The position numbers and the translations under genes are program-made. Shown in pieces: positions 39,109 through 48,559 of a stretch of DNA of 64,000 nucleotides. The notes beneath the pieces were generated by a model. It did no database searches. It worked only from the letters and a program-made list of their open reading frames with translations, and had not been told where the DNA came from. The stretch is from an uncultured Gammaproteobacteria bacterium (GTDB lineage: Bacteria > Patescibacteriota > Microgenomatia > Levybacterales > UBA12049). Location: the NCBI GenBank assembly GCA_964414015.1, contig CAYPUE010000001.1, forward strand, positions 8,893 through 72,892. Direction: 5' to 3'. The first letter of the stretch is position 1; each line of letters begins with the position of its first letter.

Positions 39109-40334
39109 TAATTATTGTCTTTAGGCCAGAAATATGCAGCTATAAATACTAAAGACAAGTACCCTAAATGGCTATTGTTAAAATATCTGGATAAATACCA
39201 AAAAATAAACAGAAAAACTCCATAGGTTAATATTAATCTGCTTACGCTTGGAGATTTTTTAAGATAAAAAATAAGTCCTGCTGCTAAGGGAATTCCAACT
39301 ATCGCCTGCCATAATATGAATGGGTAGTATTGGTGTAAATCTTTAATAACGCCCATTTGATTTAGTAGCATCCCTAATCCATATCCGGAAATAGGATAAC
39401 TGCGAAACGTAGCACCCGATAGGTAAAGTACCGTACTATCCAGGAAAGCCTTTTGATTCCAAAGTAAGAAGGGGAAAATTATTGCAAGAAAAGTAATTAC
39501 AAAAGGAGCTAAATCTCGCAAAGTCTTTAATATATTTTTATTTTTAAAATATATGAAAGCGAAGTAAAAGGGTAAAATCGGCCACGCTGATTGTTTAACG
39601 GCAAATGCCAACCCCATAGGAATACCTGAAAAAAGATACTTTTTTCTGTGAAGAAAAAATAATCCTACAAATAAAAATGCAAACATAAAAATATCTGATC
39701 TTCCCTCAAGAGTATAGCCAAGAATTGACGGGTTGAACGTAAGCATTGTCAGAAAAAGTAATTTTTTGTCTTTGTCTTTAGTCAAAATATCGGCAAATAC
39801 CAACAACATAAAAAACAAGAATAGGAGGGGCATCCTTCCGTCAAAAAATCCCCATAAACTATTGCTTACCGCATAGAAAGGCAAAGCAAATAGAAGATAA
39901 AATGGCTGCATAACAAAATGGTACAAAGCAGGATTTTCTTCGGCTGCAGAATAATTCCATTGTTCAAGCGGCGTCCCAAAATACGTTACGGCATAAGGAT
40001 TTTTTCCGTCCAGAAAAAATCTAATCGCTGCTTCCTGCTGGAGAATAATGTCGTGAATCATATAAACGGGTGCTGTTTTATGCCGTACGACAATTGCGGA
40101 AAAGAATGCGCTCCCTATTACAATCACTATGATTAACCATAAAACAATATGTTTCAATCCAAAATATAAATTATCTTTTATCTTTATTGTGTCTAAAACG
40201 ATGTATAGAAAAAGCCCTAAAAAGATTATTCCAAAAAGCCAGAAAGGGGTATTTCCCGGACTTATTCTGTAAGCCATAATGAACGGTATTGCAAGGGCAA
40301 AAAGCAAAATAGAATCAAGTTTAATATTTTTCAT
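39108..40334 (-). CDS. Integral membrane protein (about 11 TM), putative GT-C-like/GT87-like glycosyltransferase
   Basis: 408 aa hydrophobic protein. Loop with FFLDGKNPYAVTYFGTPLEQW. No confident family assignment. Confidence 0.35.
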   Translation of the reverse strand: MKNIKLDSILLFALAIPFIMAYRISPGNTPFWLFGIIFLGLFLYIVLDTIKIKDNLYFGLKHIVLWLIIVIVIGSAFFSAIVVRHKTAPVYMIHDIILQQEAAIRFFLDGKNPYAVTYFGTPLEQWNYSAAEENPALYHFVMQPFYLLFALPFYAVSNSLWGFFDGRMPLLFLFFMLLVFADILTKDKDKKLLFLTMLTFNPSILGYTLEGRSDIFMFAFLFVGLFFLHRKKYLFSGIPMGLAFAVKQSAWPILPFYFAFIYFKNKNILKTLRDLAPFVITFLAIIFPFLLWNQKAFLDSTVLYLSGATFRSYPISGYGLGMLLNQMGVIKDLHQYYPFILWQAIVGIPLAAGLIFYLKKSPSVSRLILTYGVFLFIFWYLSRYFNNSHLGYLSLVFIAAYFWPKDNN

Positions 40335-40339
40335 ATCCT

Positions 40340-41830
40340 TTATTTTTTATACCACAGAACTGTCGATTTGTATATTTGGCTCGGATTAATGAATGCCCAT
40401 CCTTCTTTAGATAATTCAGCGCTATTTGAACTATTGAGATTAAAAATTTCATACCCGCCTCTATCTCCCCCAATTACGGAATGAAAAGCAGTCATTTTAC
40501 TCATTTTAGATGTCCTAACTACTAATCCTACCTTTATTCCTTTATCATCTATAAGACGGCTATTTTCTAAATATAAAACTAGCGGAAAACTTTTATTCCC
40601 TAATTTATAACCATAATCATACACTGCAAATTTACTATTAGGAAATTTTTGCATCAGCAATTTCTGCCAATCTGCCGCTTGAACCCTTGTAAAATTTCCG
40701 CTATTTTTAATTAGATCTAAGTCTTTTGCTATAGTAAAAGAAACAATTAAAAATATTAGGATGAAACCGATAACGCGATTTAATTTGAGCGCCTGTGACA
40801 GCATCCACCCTGTTAAAATAAGCACTAGGGGATGTAAAAAAACCAGATAGCTATCAAATCTTTCTCCTCTGTAATACCTAAGTATTAAGAATATAAAGAA
40901 GAAACTTAAAAATATCGCAACGATATTTTTTGTCAACTTTTTATTAATAAACGCATAAATCGCGAATGCAATTAATAAAACTATAATGCCATATCCAACA
41001 TACGACTCACCTCCTATAATTCTTGACCACGCACCAGGCCAATATGTTCCCGCATAAGTCAGCCAACGGTTTGGAATAAATATCTGATATTGGCCGTAAG
41101 TCAAATACTCAATCCAATTTCTGCTTTCGAAGAATTTATTTGTTATATCAAAAAAAATAAGCGGAATAAAAGGGATAAATATACCAAGCGATAAATAAAT
41201 AAATTTTCTGAAACTTCTAGCATTATCTAGAATGAAAGCTATGGGAATGAGTAAGAAGAGCCCCATTGCCTGAAAATGAATATTAAAAGATGTAGCGACC
41301 ATGAAAGACATCCAGAAGGCGCTAGCTATCGACCCCGCTTTAATATATTTCACAAAGAAATATAGAGAAATAACTGCAACAATTCCAACCATAGAGGGAG
41401 ACGTAAGGTTGGTGGACTGACCAAGCTGCGCAGTAGATATTGCTGTAAGAATCCCAATAATAAGCCCTAATCGTTTATCTTCTATCTCTCTGCCAATAAG
41501 CACCATAAGCCAAACTATACCAACATATAGAATTGTTTGAATAATCCATGGAGTCATAACTGCATACGGATATACACCCGCCATGTACATTAATATCCAG
41601 AACCATTGCGGGCCGTAAACAAATTGCCCTGCAGAAGCAAATGGGCCAATTAAAGGCAAAGAAAATGTTTTTAGAGCTTCTCTTGCGACTAAGACGTCTC
41701 TAGCCTGATCATAAGCTAATCCCCACCTTTCTTCGTAATTACTAAAACGAAGAACAGCTGCAACAAGAAGTATGATAGCCACAGAAATACCGAACCAGTG
41801 ATGGTATATAAATTTTTTGTACTTATCCAT
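40340..41830 (-). CDS. Polytopic membrane protein, GT-C-like glycosyltransferase
   Basis: 496 aa. N-terminal TM then FSNYEERWGLAYDQARDVLVAREAL, an ArnT-like acidic first loop. About 12 TM. C-terminal about 100 aa soluble. Confidence 0.4.
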   Translation of the reverse strand: MDKYKKFIYHHWFGISVAIILLVAAVLRFSNYEERWGLAYDQARDVLVAREALKTFSLPLIGPFASAGQFVYGPQWFWILMYMAGVYPYAVMTPWIIQTILYVGIVWLMVLIGREIEDKRLGLIIGILTAISTAQLGQSTNLTSPSMVGIVAVISLYFFVKYIKAGSIASAFWMSFMVATSFNIHFQAMGLFLLIPIAFILDNARSFRKFIYLSLGIFIPFIPLIFFDITNKFFESRNWIEYLTYGQYQIFIPNRWLTYAGTYWPGAWSRIIGGESYVGYGIIVLLIAFAIYAFINKKLTKNIVAIFLSFFFIFLILRYYRGERFDSYLVFLHPLVLILTGWMLSQALKLNRVIGFILIFLIVSFTIAKDLDLIKNSGNFTRVQAADWQKLLMQKFPNSKFAVYDYGYKLGNKSFPLVLYLENSRLIDDKGIKVGLVVRTSKMSKMTAFHSVIGGDRGGYEIFNLNSSNSAELSKEGWAFINPSQIYKSTVLWYKK

Positions 41831-41831
41831 T

Positions 41832-42548
41832 TTAATCGCGAAATCTATATTTTAAGAGTGTATATAACGCAATTGTACCATCCCTAATCGTATTCAGCTT
41901 TTTTCCCTCGTTGTACCCCCGAGGATTAGTTGTAATCGGTACCTCAATTATATGAATTCCTTTCTTTAAAATTTTTGCCGTTATTTCCGGTTCAAGATCG
42001 AATCCTTTAGAATTAAGTTTTATATCCTTAGCTACACTCCTAGGAAAAAGTTTATATCCTGTTTCCATATCCGTAATCCACTGTCCATATAGTATGCTAG
42101 TTAGAAAACTTAAAAACTTATTGCCCAGATAGTGCAGCAGAAAACCCAAAGTCCTTTCATCTCTATTAAAATTAGGTAAACGTTTAAGTCTTGTGCCGTA
42201 AACAACCACTAAATTATTATTTTTAGCTAATCCTACCAGTTGCTTTATGTCATTTGGATTATATTCTAAGTCTGCGTCCTGAATAACAATATATTTACCT
42301 GTAGCATTGATAATTCCTGTTCTCACAGCCGCACCTTTTCCCTGATTTTCCCGATGTCGTATCGTCTTTAAATTTAGCCCCGCTTTGCAGGATAAAATTG
42401 CAGATGGAGTGTTGTCAGTAGAACCATCGTCAACAACGATAATTTCTTTTTCAACACCGGGAATATTAACATTATTAACTTTGTTTAATACTTTACTAAT
42501 TGTCTTATCTTCGTTAAAGACAGGGATAATAATTGATAATTTCATCAT
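41832..42548 (-). CDS. GT2 glycosyltransferase, dolichyl/polyprenyl-phosphate sugar synthase-like (no TM)
   Basis: 238 aa. LSIIIPVFNEDKTI, EIIVVDDGSTDNT, VIQDADLEYNP (DxD). DPM1-like. Confidence 0.65.
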   Translation of the reverse strand: MMKLSIIIPVFNEDKTISKVLNKVNNVNIPGVEKEIIVVDDGSTDNTPSAILSCKAGLNLKTIRHRENQGKGAAVRTGIINATGKYIVIQDADLEYNPNDIKQLVGLAKNNNLVVVYGTRLKRLPNFNRDERTLGFLLHYLGNKFLSFLTSILYGQWITDMETGYKLFPRSVAKDIKLNSKGFDLEPEITAKILKKGIHIIEVPITTNPRGYNEGKKLNTIRDGTIALYTLLKYRFRD

Positions 42549-43966
42549 GTTATTTTTCTGTGAAAGATAAACTGCTCTTTGGTTTGATATATTAACTCAT
42601 ACCTCGAGTCTTTTCGCAATAATTCCATAATTGCTGAAATATCTTTTGTTCCAAAAAAATCATTCGGGTTTTGTCCTTTTCTTAAATCTAAGATGATATA
42701 TTCCGGCTTATAATTACCATAATCCCTTCTTAAGATAAACACTTTTTGATGGGTGAACCGTGATGCTAAATTATTTTGCGTCATAACTGAAACATTATTG
42801 GGAATTCTTTTTACAAGATCGTTTAGAAATATAAAATCTTTGGTATGTGCATAAAATGCTGCGTTATATGCTAAAGCAAAAGGGCCACGAAGTATAAATC
42901 GATAAAGAAACAATGAATTTATTACAATAAGTATTATTAGTAAAGATAAAAATTTAGCAATAAATCTTACGTGCTGTAAGCGTCTTAAAGTAAAAATGCT
43001 TGAAATGCTTAAAAGAACAGCGCTTTGCGCATTATAATGCAAACCTAAATCCCATCGGGTACAGCAAGAATTACCGATAAACCTTGTCCCATAATCTTGC
43101 AAAAATAAAAACCAAAATTCTGGACTTAAAAGCGGAAGAAAACCAAAGCTGAAAAAACTATAGAATAAAGTTCTTTGCTTAAGGGGATGGCTAAAAAAAG
43201 AGAAGATGTTGTCAGAAATATTTGAACTGAATATGGGAAAATATGCATAAGAGCCATTGGAAAATGACGGTATAATTACTTTTATACTGATATATCCCCA
43301 TATAAGCGATAGTGCTATTGTAATTAACCCAATTTTAAACCATTCTCTCCGTAGGAAAAAAATTGATATTCCTATACCTATTCCCAAAAGAAAGTTCGAT
43401 TCTTTAAATCCTAACGTAATAAATAAAAATAGAAAATACAGCCATTTTTTTTTATAGACAATCGCCCAAAATGTAAGCATAAGGGGTAACGTCATAACGG
43501 TAAGTTCATGAAAATCAGTAATAACTGCATTCTGTAAGCCGACGAAAAACAAATAACAAATCGAGACACCCAAAGCTAGGAAATTATTCTTTAAGATATA
43601 CTTACCTATGTTGTAGAGAACTAGCCCGCTTAACCCAACAATAATTGCCTGCACAACAAGAAGCATTTCGCTTTTTGTAGTCAACCAATAAAAAGGTGAC
43701 AGCAAAAAGATGCTAGGGCTAAAATGATCTGCGAATATCCACTTTCCGCCAACAATAAAATGTTCAATTATGGGAGGTTTAAAACGAGATACATTCCAAA
43801 TCGCCTGATCAAAAATTCCAAAATCATAATAAAATACTTCATATTGCCAAAACCTATGTAGGGATACCAAAATTCCCGCAATCGTAAACAAGACACATAA
43901 TATATAAAAAATTACATCTATATATCTATCTTTTGCTTCTGTTAAACTCCAAACGATTCTCATCAA
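42545..43966 (-). CDS. Integral membrane protein (about 12 TM), hypothetical (possible GT-C-like)
   Basis: 473 aa. FYYDFGIFDQAIWNVSRFKPP motif loop after TM1. Strongly hydrophobic. Confidence 0.35.
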   Translation of the reverse strand: MMRIVWSLTEAKDRYIDVIFYILCVLFTIAGILVSLHRFWQYEVFYYDFGIFDQAIWNVSRFKPPIIEHFIVGGKWIFADHFSPSIFLLSPFYWLTTKSEMLLVVQAIIVGLSGLVLYNIGKYILKNNFLALGVSICYLFFVGLQNAVITDFHELTVMTLPLMLTFWAIVYKKKWLYFLFLFITLGFKESNFLLGIGIGISIFFLRREWFKIGLITIALSLIWGYISIKVIIPSFSNGSYAYFPIFSSNISDNIFSFFSHPLKQRTLFYSFFSFGFLPLLSPEFWFLFLQDYGTRFIGNSCCTRWDLGLHYNAQSAVLLSISSIFTLRRLQHVRFIAKFLSLLIILIVINSLFLYRFILRGPFALAYNAAFYAHTKDFIFLNDLVKRIPNNVSVMTQNNLASRFTHQKVFILRRDYGNYKPEYIILDLRKGQNPNDFFGTKDISAIMELLRKDSRYELIYQTKEQFIFHRKIT

Positions 43967-44910
43967 AATTCTTTCATTATCTCTCTATCTTTTTTTATAA
44001 ATAATTTCTGGTTTTTAAAACCGGAGATTATAATTTTTGGCAATAACATCAAAGCCTTAGAGAACCCAACAAAAAAAGCCAAATCCACATTGATTAACGA
44101 TTTTAAAAAATGGTATGGAAGCCATACGATATGCGAAATCTTCAAATCAAGATCGGTTATATTTTTCCAGACGAAAATAAATTGATTTCTATACGCAATA
44201 GTCTTTATATAAAAACTGGAATAACGCATTTTTATTGCACCTTTTTCATGCTCATGGATAACAATGCTTTTTGGTTCGAATATCAGCTTGTATCCAGATT
44301 TTAACGCGTTATAAGACAAATCAATATCTTCCCAGTAAAAAGGACTATATAGTTCATTAAATCCTCCGAGTTTCTCCCAAACACTTTTTCTAAATGCGCC
44401 GCTTCCTCCGTTAACCCAAAGAGTGTTTTCCTTATCAACCTCTCCTCGGGCATGAGCAAGAAAACCTCTTTTCCAAGAGCCTATTCCTCTCCCCCGCAAA
44501 ATCGTTTTCCCCTCTTCTTTGCTTTCATCCATACATCCTACTGCGAAAATATTTGGATCCGAAAAACGCCTCAACAGGGGACCCAAGAAATCTTTCTGGG
44601 GAATAACATCCGAATTTAATAAAATTACAATATCTCCTTTTGCGTTTTTCACTCCTCTATCGATACTTGAAGAGAAACCAAGATTTTTGTCGTTTTCAAT
44701 AATTTTAAATATTATATCCGGATACGCTGATTCCATTTTGGGCTTAAGCTCTTGAAGAACATTGATGGAATTATCAAGAGAACAATCATCCGTAACAATA
44801 ATTTCTTTTTCGCCATTCGCATAAACATTTATCGCTTCAAAAACCTTTGGTAGATTTTTTTTAAGAAGTTCTTCTCCGTTGTAATTTGGGATAATTACAC
44901 TTATGGTCAT
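43963..44910 (-). CDS. GT2 family glycosyltransferase
   Basis: 315 aa. ISVIIPNYNGEELLKKNL, EIIVTDDCSLDNS, LLNSDV. Confidence 0.7.
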   Translation of the reverse strand: MTISVIIPNYNGEELLKKNLPKVFEAINVYANGEKEIIVTDDCSLDNSINVLQELKPKMESAYPDIIFKIIENDKNLGFSSSIDRGVKNAKGDIVILLNSDVIPQKDFLGPLLRRFSDPNIFAVGCMDESKEEGKTILRGRGIGSWKRGFLAHARGEVDKENTLWVNGGSGAFRKSVWEKLGGFNELYSPFYWEDIDLSYNALKSGYKLIFEPKSIVIHEHEKGAIKMRYSSFYIKTIAYRNQFIFVWKNITDLDLKISHIVWLPYHFLKSLINVDLAFFVGFSKALMLLPKIIISGFKNQKLFIKKDREIMKEF

Positions 44911-47186
44911 AATAATGTATCGTAAAACAAAATTGTATGTTTGCCTTTTGGCACAATTACACCACGTAGGGTAAAATTCGTTAAGTAAATTTTTTGTTCA
45001 GTATTTATTGCGTTTCCATTAACGCCAATCTTTACGTGCCATGTTGGGTAAAAATTATCAGCCAGAACCAGAAATCCTTCCTTTTGATTATCTGTATCTA
45101 TGATAATTTTGTTTGGAGAATAATAAGTAATTTCTGCCTTGCCAATTCCCCAATCGCTCCTCCCTTTTGCATACGGAAAGCTTGAGTCTTCAACTATCGC
45201 CATATTTATCGGATCAAAATTATCGTCAAACATAAATTTTATTGTTGTACTTTTGCTTGCAGAAAATATAGTTTTCCCTACAAAAAATACTCTTGGTAGA
45301 ACATCTTTATTTTCATACACCCTTGTTTCTCCTTCTTGGAATACTTTCTTAAGCTTTGGAGAATCCAGATCTAAAAGGCTTAAAATATACTTAACGCCCA
45401 ATAAATCTATTATTTTTGAGTCATAGTTATGAGGAGTAATAATCCTATTGAATCCAAACGGAGGATTGATATCTGCTTTTTTTCTTTCGGATGCCGCAAT
45501 TAGCTCGCCATACCTTAAAAGATATAAAGGATCATAGCCGTCTACGCTTTGGAGTCTATAAATAGCAGAAAAATTAGGAGGAAGAATGCGCGAGTCAGTT
45601 GTCATTATTCTAAATTCCCCTTTTTGTTTTTTAAGAAAATTTATAGATGATGTATCCGGAAACAGATAAGACTTTTGAGTGAATGGATTAAATTTCCAGG
45701 AAAATCTAAATAAATCAAAAACCACTAATGCCACTATAATAATACGTATTATTATAGTACTTCTAGATTTAGTCGATAATTTTATTAAAATAAAAATTAA
45801 AGCAGCTGAAGCAATAAAAAGCAATGTAGGCAAATAAAGATTTTGTTTCGCAACTAAAAGATTTGCTAAATCTATATCTTTAAACGTTTTGTTACTAATA
45901 AAAATAAATAGCCATATTAGAATAATTGCTCCTCCGACAAAAATTATCGAAGAGAATATTTTTTTATTTCTATTTCTGGATAGATAATCAAAACCTAATG
46001 CTGATAAAATGGCTAAAGAAAAATCTGTTATGAATAAAAGCCGAGTCGGTTGAGAAGTGCTAATGAGAGGTATATTCAGCATAAAAGGAATTTTAGCGAA
46101 TATCGTTGGTAAGGCAAAAATCAGCGAAAGAAAAAACATTGTTCCGAAGAAAAGCGTTTTTTTATCATGACGAAAAAATATAGCGTATATCGCCATTATT
46201 AACGGCAATATTCCCGCATAGGCAACAAATTCTCCATAATTCCATATACCCCAATAGTTAAGCGTAGATGGGTTACCGAAAAAATCAGGCGCTATAAATT
46301 GTATAAGGTTTTGCCAAGGAACAAACCACCCGGGATCGTTAAAACTAACTTGGTCAATATTTCTGGCAGATAAAAGAATAAATTGAATTGTTGGAAACCA
46401 CTGGATAGCAGTAAGAATCATGGATAATGAATTAAGAAGAATGAATAATAAAAAGGTATTTTTCTTCCTTCCAAACTGGAACCAACGGGCAAAAAAATAT
46501 ATTACCGAAACTATAAAAACATAGAAAAAGACCTGTAAATGTCCTGCAAAAAAAGATGAAGCTAAGGAGAAAATAAATAGTGCGTTCCAAATTAAAAATT
46601 TCTTTCCTTTAGAAAGAACTATTTTATCTATAGATAATAGTATTAAAGGTAACCATAGTCCTACATGTATTACCGTTCCCCATTCAAACCAAGATGTAAA
46701 AAATCCTGAAAATGCAAAGACTATTGAGCCAATGACGCTGGCCCACATGTCAATTTTCAAGTTTCTAAGATACATGTAGAGAAATATACCTGCCAATAAG
46801 GGCTGGAAAAAAATTAAGAGACTCCAAGCTATACTAAAAGGTAAAATAAGAAATAGAATATTCAATGGATAAAATGCAGCAGATTGCATATTCGCCAAAA
46901 GAGGTGTTCCGGAAAAGCTGTATGGATTCCAAAGGGGAAGTTCTATTTTCTTCTCGGACCAAATTGTCAATTCTCTCCATGGATATTGCTGCCGAACAGG
47001 ATCTGTAATTAAAAAGTTTTTAAATGGAATGCCATTCGAATAATCCTTCGCATATAAGTCTCGAAAGGGATGGTAAAGACCAATTATCGTATCCGAAGGA
47101 ATAGGAAGAAAACCTTTTAAAAAAAACTGCCAAAAAAATATAATAACTATTATTAGAATAAAGCCAATAGGCATCAACTTTCTCAT
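44907..47186 (-). CDS. YfhO-family membrane protein (GT-C-like glycosyltransferase), paralog 1 of 3
   Basis: 759 aa. N-terminal conserved block DPVRQQYPWRELTIWSEKKIELPLWNPYSFSGTPLLANMQSAAFYPLNILF matches the YfhO signature (PLWNPY...G.P.LAN.QS). C-terminus FYPTW...PKGKHTILFY. Confidence 0.65.
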   Translation of the reverse strand: MRKLMPIGFILIIVIIFFWQFFLKGFLPIPSDTIIGLYHPFRDLYAKDYSNGIPFKNFLITDPVRQQYPWRELTIWSEKKIELPLWNPYSFSGTPLLANMQSAAFYPLNILFLILPFSIAWSLLIFFQPLLAGIFLYMYLRNLKIDMWASVIGSIVFAFSGFFTSWFEWGTVIHVGLWLPLILLSIDKIVLSKGKKFLIWNALFIFSLASSFFAGHLQVFFYVFIVSVIYFFARWFQFGRKKNTFLLFILLNSLSMILTAIQWFPTIQFILLSARNIDQVSFNDPGWFVPWQNLIQFIAPDFFGNPSTLNYWGIWNYGEFVAYAGILPLIMAIYAIFFRHDKKTLFFGTMFFLSLIFALPTIFAKIPFMLNIPLISTSQPTRLLFITDFSLAILSALGFDYLSRNRNKKIFSSIIFVGGAIILIWLFIFISNKTFKDIDLANLLVAKQNLYLPTLLFIASAALIFILIKLSTKSRSTIIIRIIIVALVVFDLFRFSWKFNPFTQKSYLFPDTSSINFLKKQKGEFRIMTTDSRILPPNFSAIYRLQSVDGYDPLYLLRYGELIAASERKKADINPPFGFNRIITPHNYDSKIIDLLGVKYILSLLDLDSPKLKKVFQEGETRVYENKDVLPRVFFVGKTIFSASKSTTIKFMFDDNFDPINMAIVEDSSFPYAKGRSDWGIGKAEITYYSPNKIIIDTDNQKEGFLVLADNFYPTWHVKIGVNGNAINTEQKIYLTNFTLRGVIVPKGKHTILFYDTLL

Positions 47187-48256
47187 CTTTTTATAATCAT
47201 TTCTAATTCCTCCTTAAATCTATTTCCGCTAAATTTACCAGCTCTTTTAACTGATTCTCTCGACATTGCTTCCCACAATTTTGAGTCTTTGGATAAAAGT
47301 TCTGTTTTCGTAAGCAATTCATCGCTTGTCTCCCACAAAAAACCATTTTTCCCGTTCTCAACTATTTCCGTTTGTCCTCCGGCATTTACTACAACCGGCA
47401 CTGCTCCTGCACCCATGGCTTCAACCGTTGATATGCCAAAATGCTCTGCTTGTTCAGGGTGCTTCTCTAAATCTTCTCCAAAACCCGTAGCATGCCAATA
47501 TATCTTAGCTTTTGCATAATTTTCCCACAAAATCGAATTTGGAGGATTATCTATAATAGAAATGGGATAGCTTTTGATCTCTTCTTTTAAAAGACTTAAT
47601 CTTCCTGCATCATTTTTACTTACTCCAATTATTAATCTAAATTCCCATCCTTTTAAACCCCGGTTAATTAATTTTTTAAACATTTCTATCATAAAATCCT
47701 GCTTCTTGAAGTTAGATCCTTCCTTATCTACGCCAAATCTCCCAACATGCAAAATGATATTTTCCTTAACAGCCTTTTTATCTTTAATAAAAATTGGCGG
47801 ATACAATACGTTACTTTTAACATTAAACTTTTTATCGATATATTTTTTTGTGAAAAAAGAGTTGCAGATAATTTTGTTAACCCTTAAAAGTTTTATTTTC
47901 GTCAATAAAGAATTTCCGTTAACCCATTCCACGGGAAATTGGAAATGAAGATATAATTTAGACAGCACAAAGGGGATGCCGCCGTCGCTTAAATATATTA
48001 TAAGGTCGTATTCCCTTGAAGAATTCAATCTCTCCAAAAAAGTAACATCTTTTGAGAATATATTTTTGGAAAAAAATACCGAAGAAAGGTTTATATCTAA
48101 CTTTTCCAAAGATTTCTTTCTTATTTCTTTTTCTTCAGAAAGATTCCAAAAAACAAAAACCTCATGACGAGAAGACAACTCTTTGGCTATCGTCAATATG
48201 TATTTCTCGCCTCCGCTTAACGAATCCAGGTACGGATCGAAAATCCCAATCTTCAT
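47183..48256 (-). CDS. GT4 family glycosyltransferase
   Basis: 357 aa. EHFGISTVEAMGAGAVPVVVNAGGQTEIV is the canonical GT4 E-x7-E motif. Confidence 0.75.
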   Translation of the reverse strand: MKIGIFDPYLDSLSGGEKYILTIAKELSSRHEVFVFWNLSEEKEIRKKSLEKLDINLSSVFFSKNIFSKDVTFLERLNSSREYDLIIYLSDGGIPFVLSKLYLHFQFPVEWVNGNSLLTKIKLLRVNKIICNSFFTKKYIDKKFNVKSNVLYPPIFIKDKKAVKENIILHVGRFGVDKEGSNFKKQDFMIEMFKKLINRGLKGWEFRLIIGVSKNDAGRLSLLKEEIKSYPISIIDNPPNSILWENYAKAKIYWHATGFGEDLEKHPEQAEHFGISTVEAMGAGAVPVVVNAGGQTEIVENGKNGFLWETSDELLTKTELLSKDSKLWEAMSRESVKRAGKFSGNRFKEELEMIIKR

Positions 48257-48298
48257 GTATCCATTCTATCAATTTCCATCCCCCTTGCAAATGCCATA

Positions 48299-48559
48299 TT
48301 GCTATGTTATTATCATTTTATGGATTATTTAACAAATTTTCCGGCCGTTCCTCCCATAGCATCTTTTATCCTCGTTTTATGGGGTATCGCATGGAAAGGA
48401 CTAGCCTTGTGGAAAGCAGCAAAACAAGATCAAAGAAATTGGTTTATAGCGATTCTTGTTCTTAATACTCTTGGGATTTTGGAAATTGTATACCTATTCA
48501 AATTCGCAAAAAAGAAAATGGAGCTTCAAGAGCTTAAATTTTGGCAACCAAAATCTTAA
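48299..48559 (+). CDS. Small two-TM membrane protein (hypothetical)
   Basis: 86 aa ORF. The probable start is the internal ATG at 48320 (MDYLTNF...). Two hydrophobic helices flank WKGLALWKAAKQDQRNWF. It is the only + strand ORF in this block and fills a 300-bp gap between minus-strand genes. Codon-like composition, Trp-rich. Confidence 0.4.
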   Translation: MLCYYHFMDYLTNFPAVPPIASFILVLWGIAWKGLALWKAAKQDQRNWFIAILVLNTLGILEIVYLFKFAKKKMELQELKFWQPKS

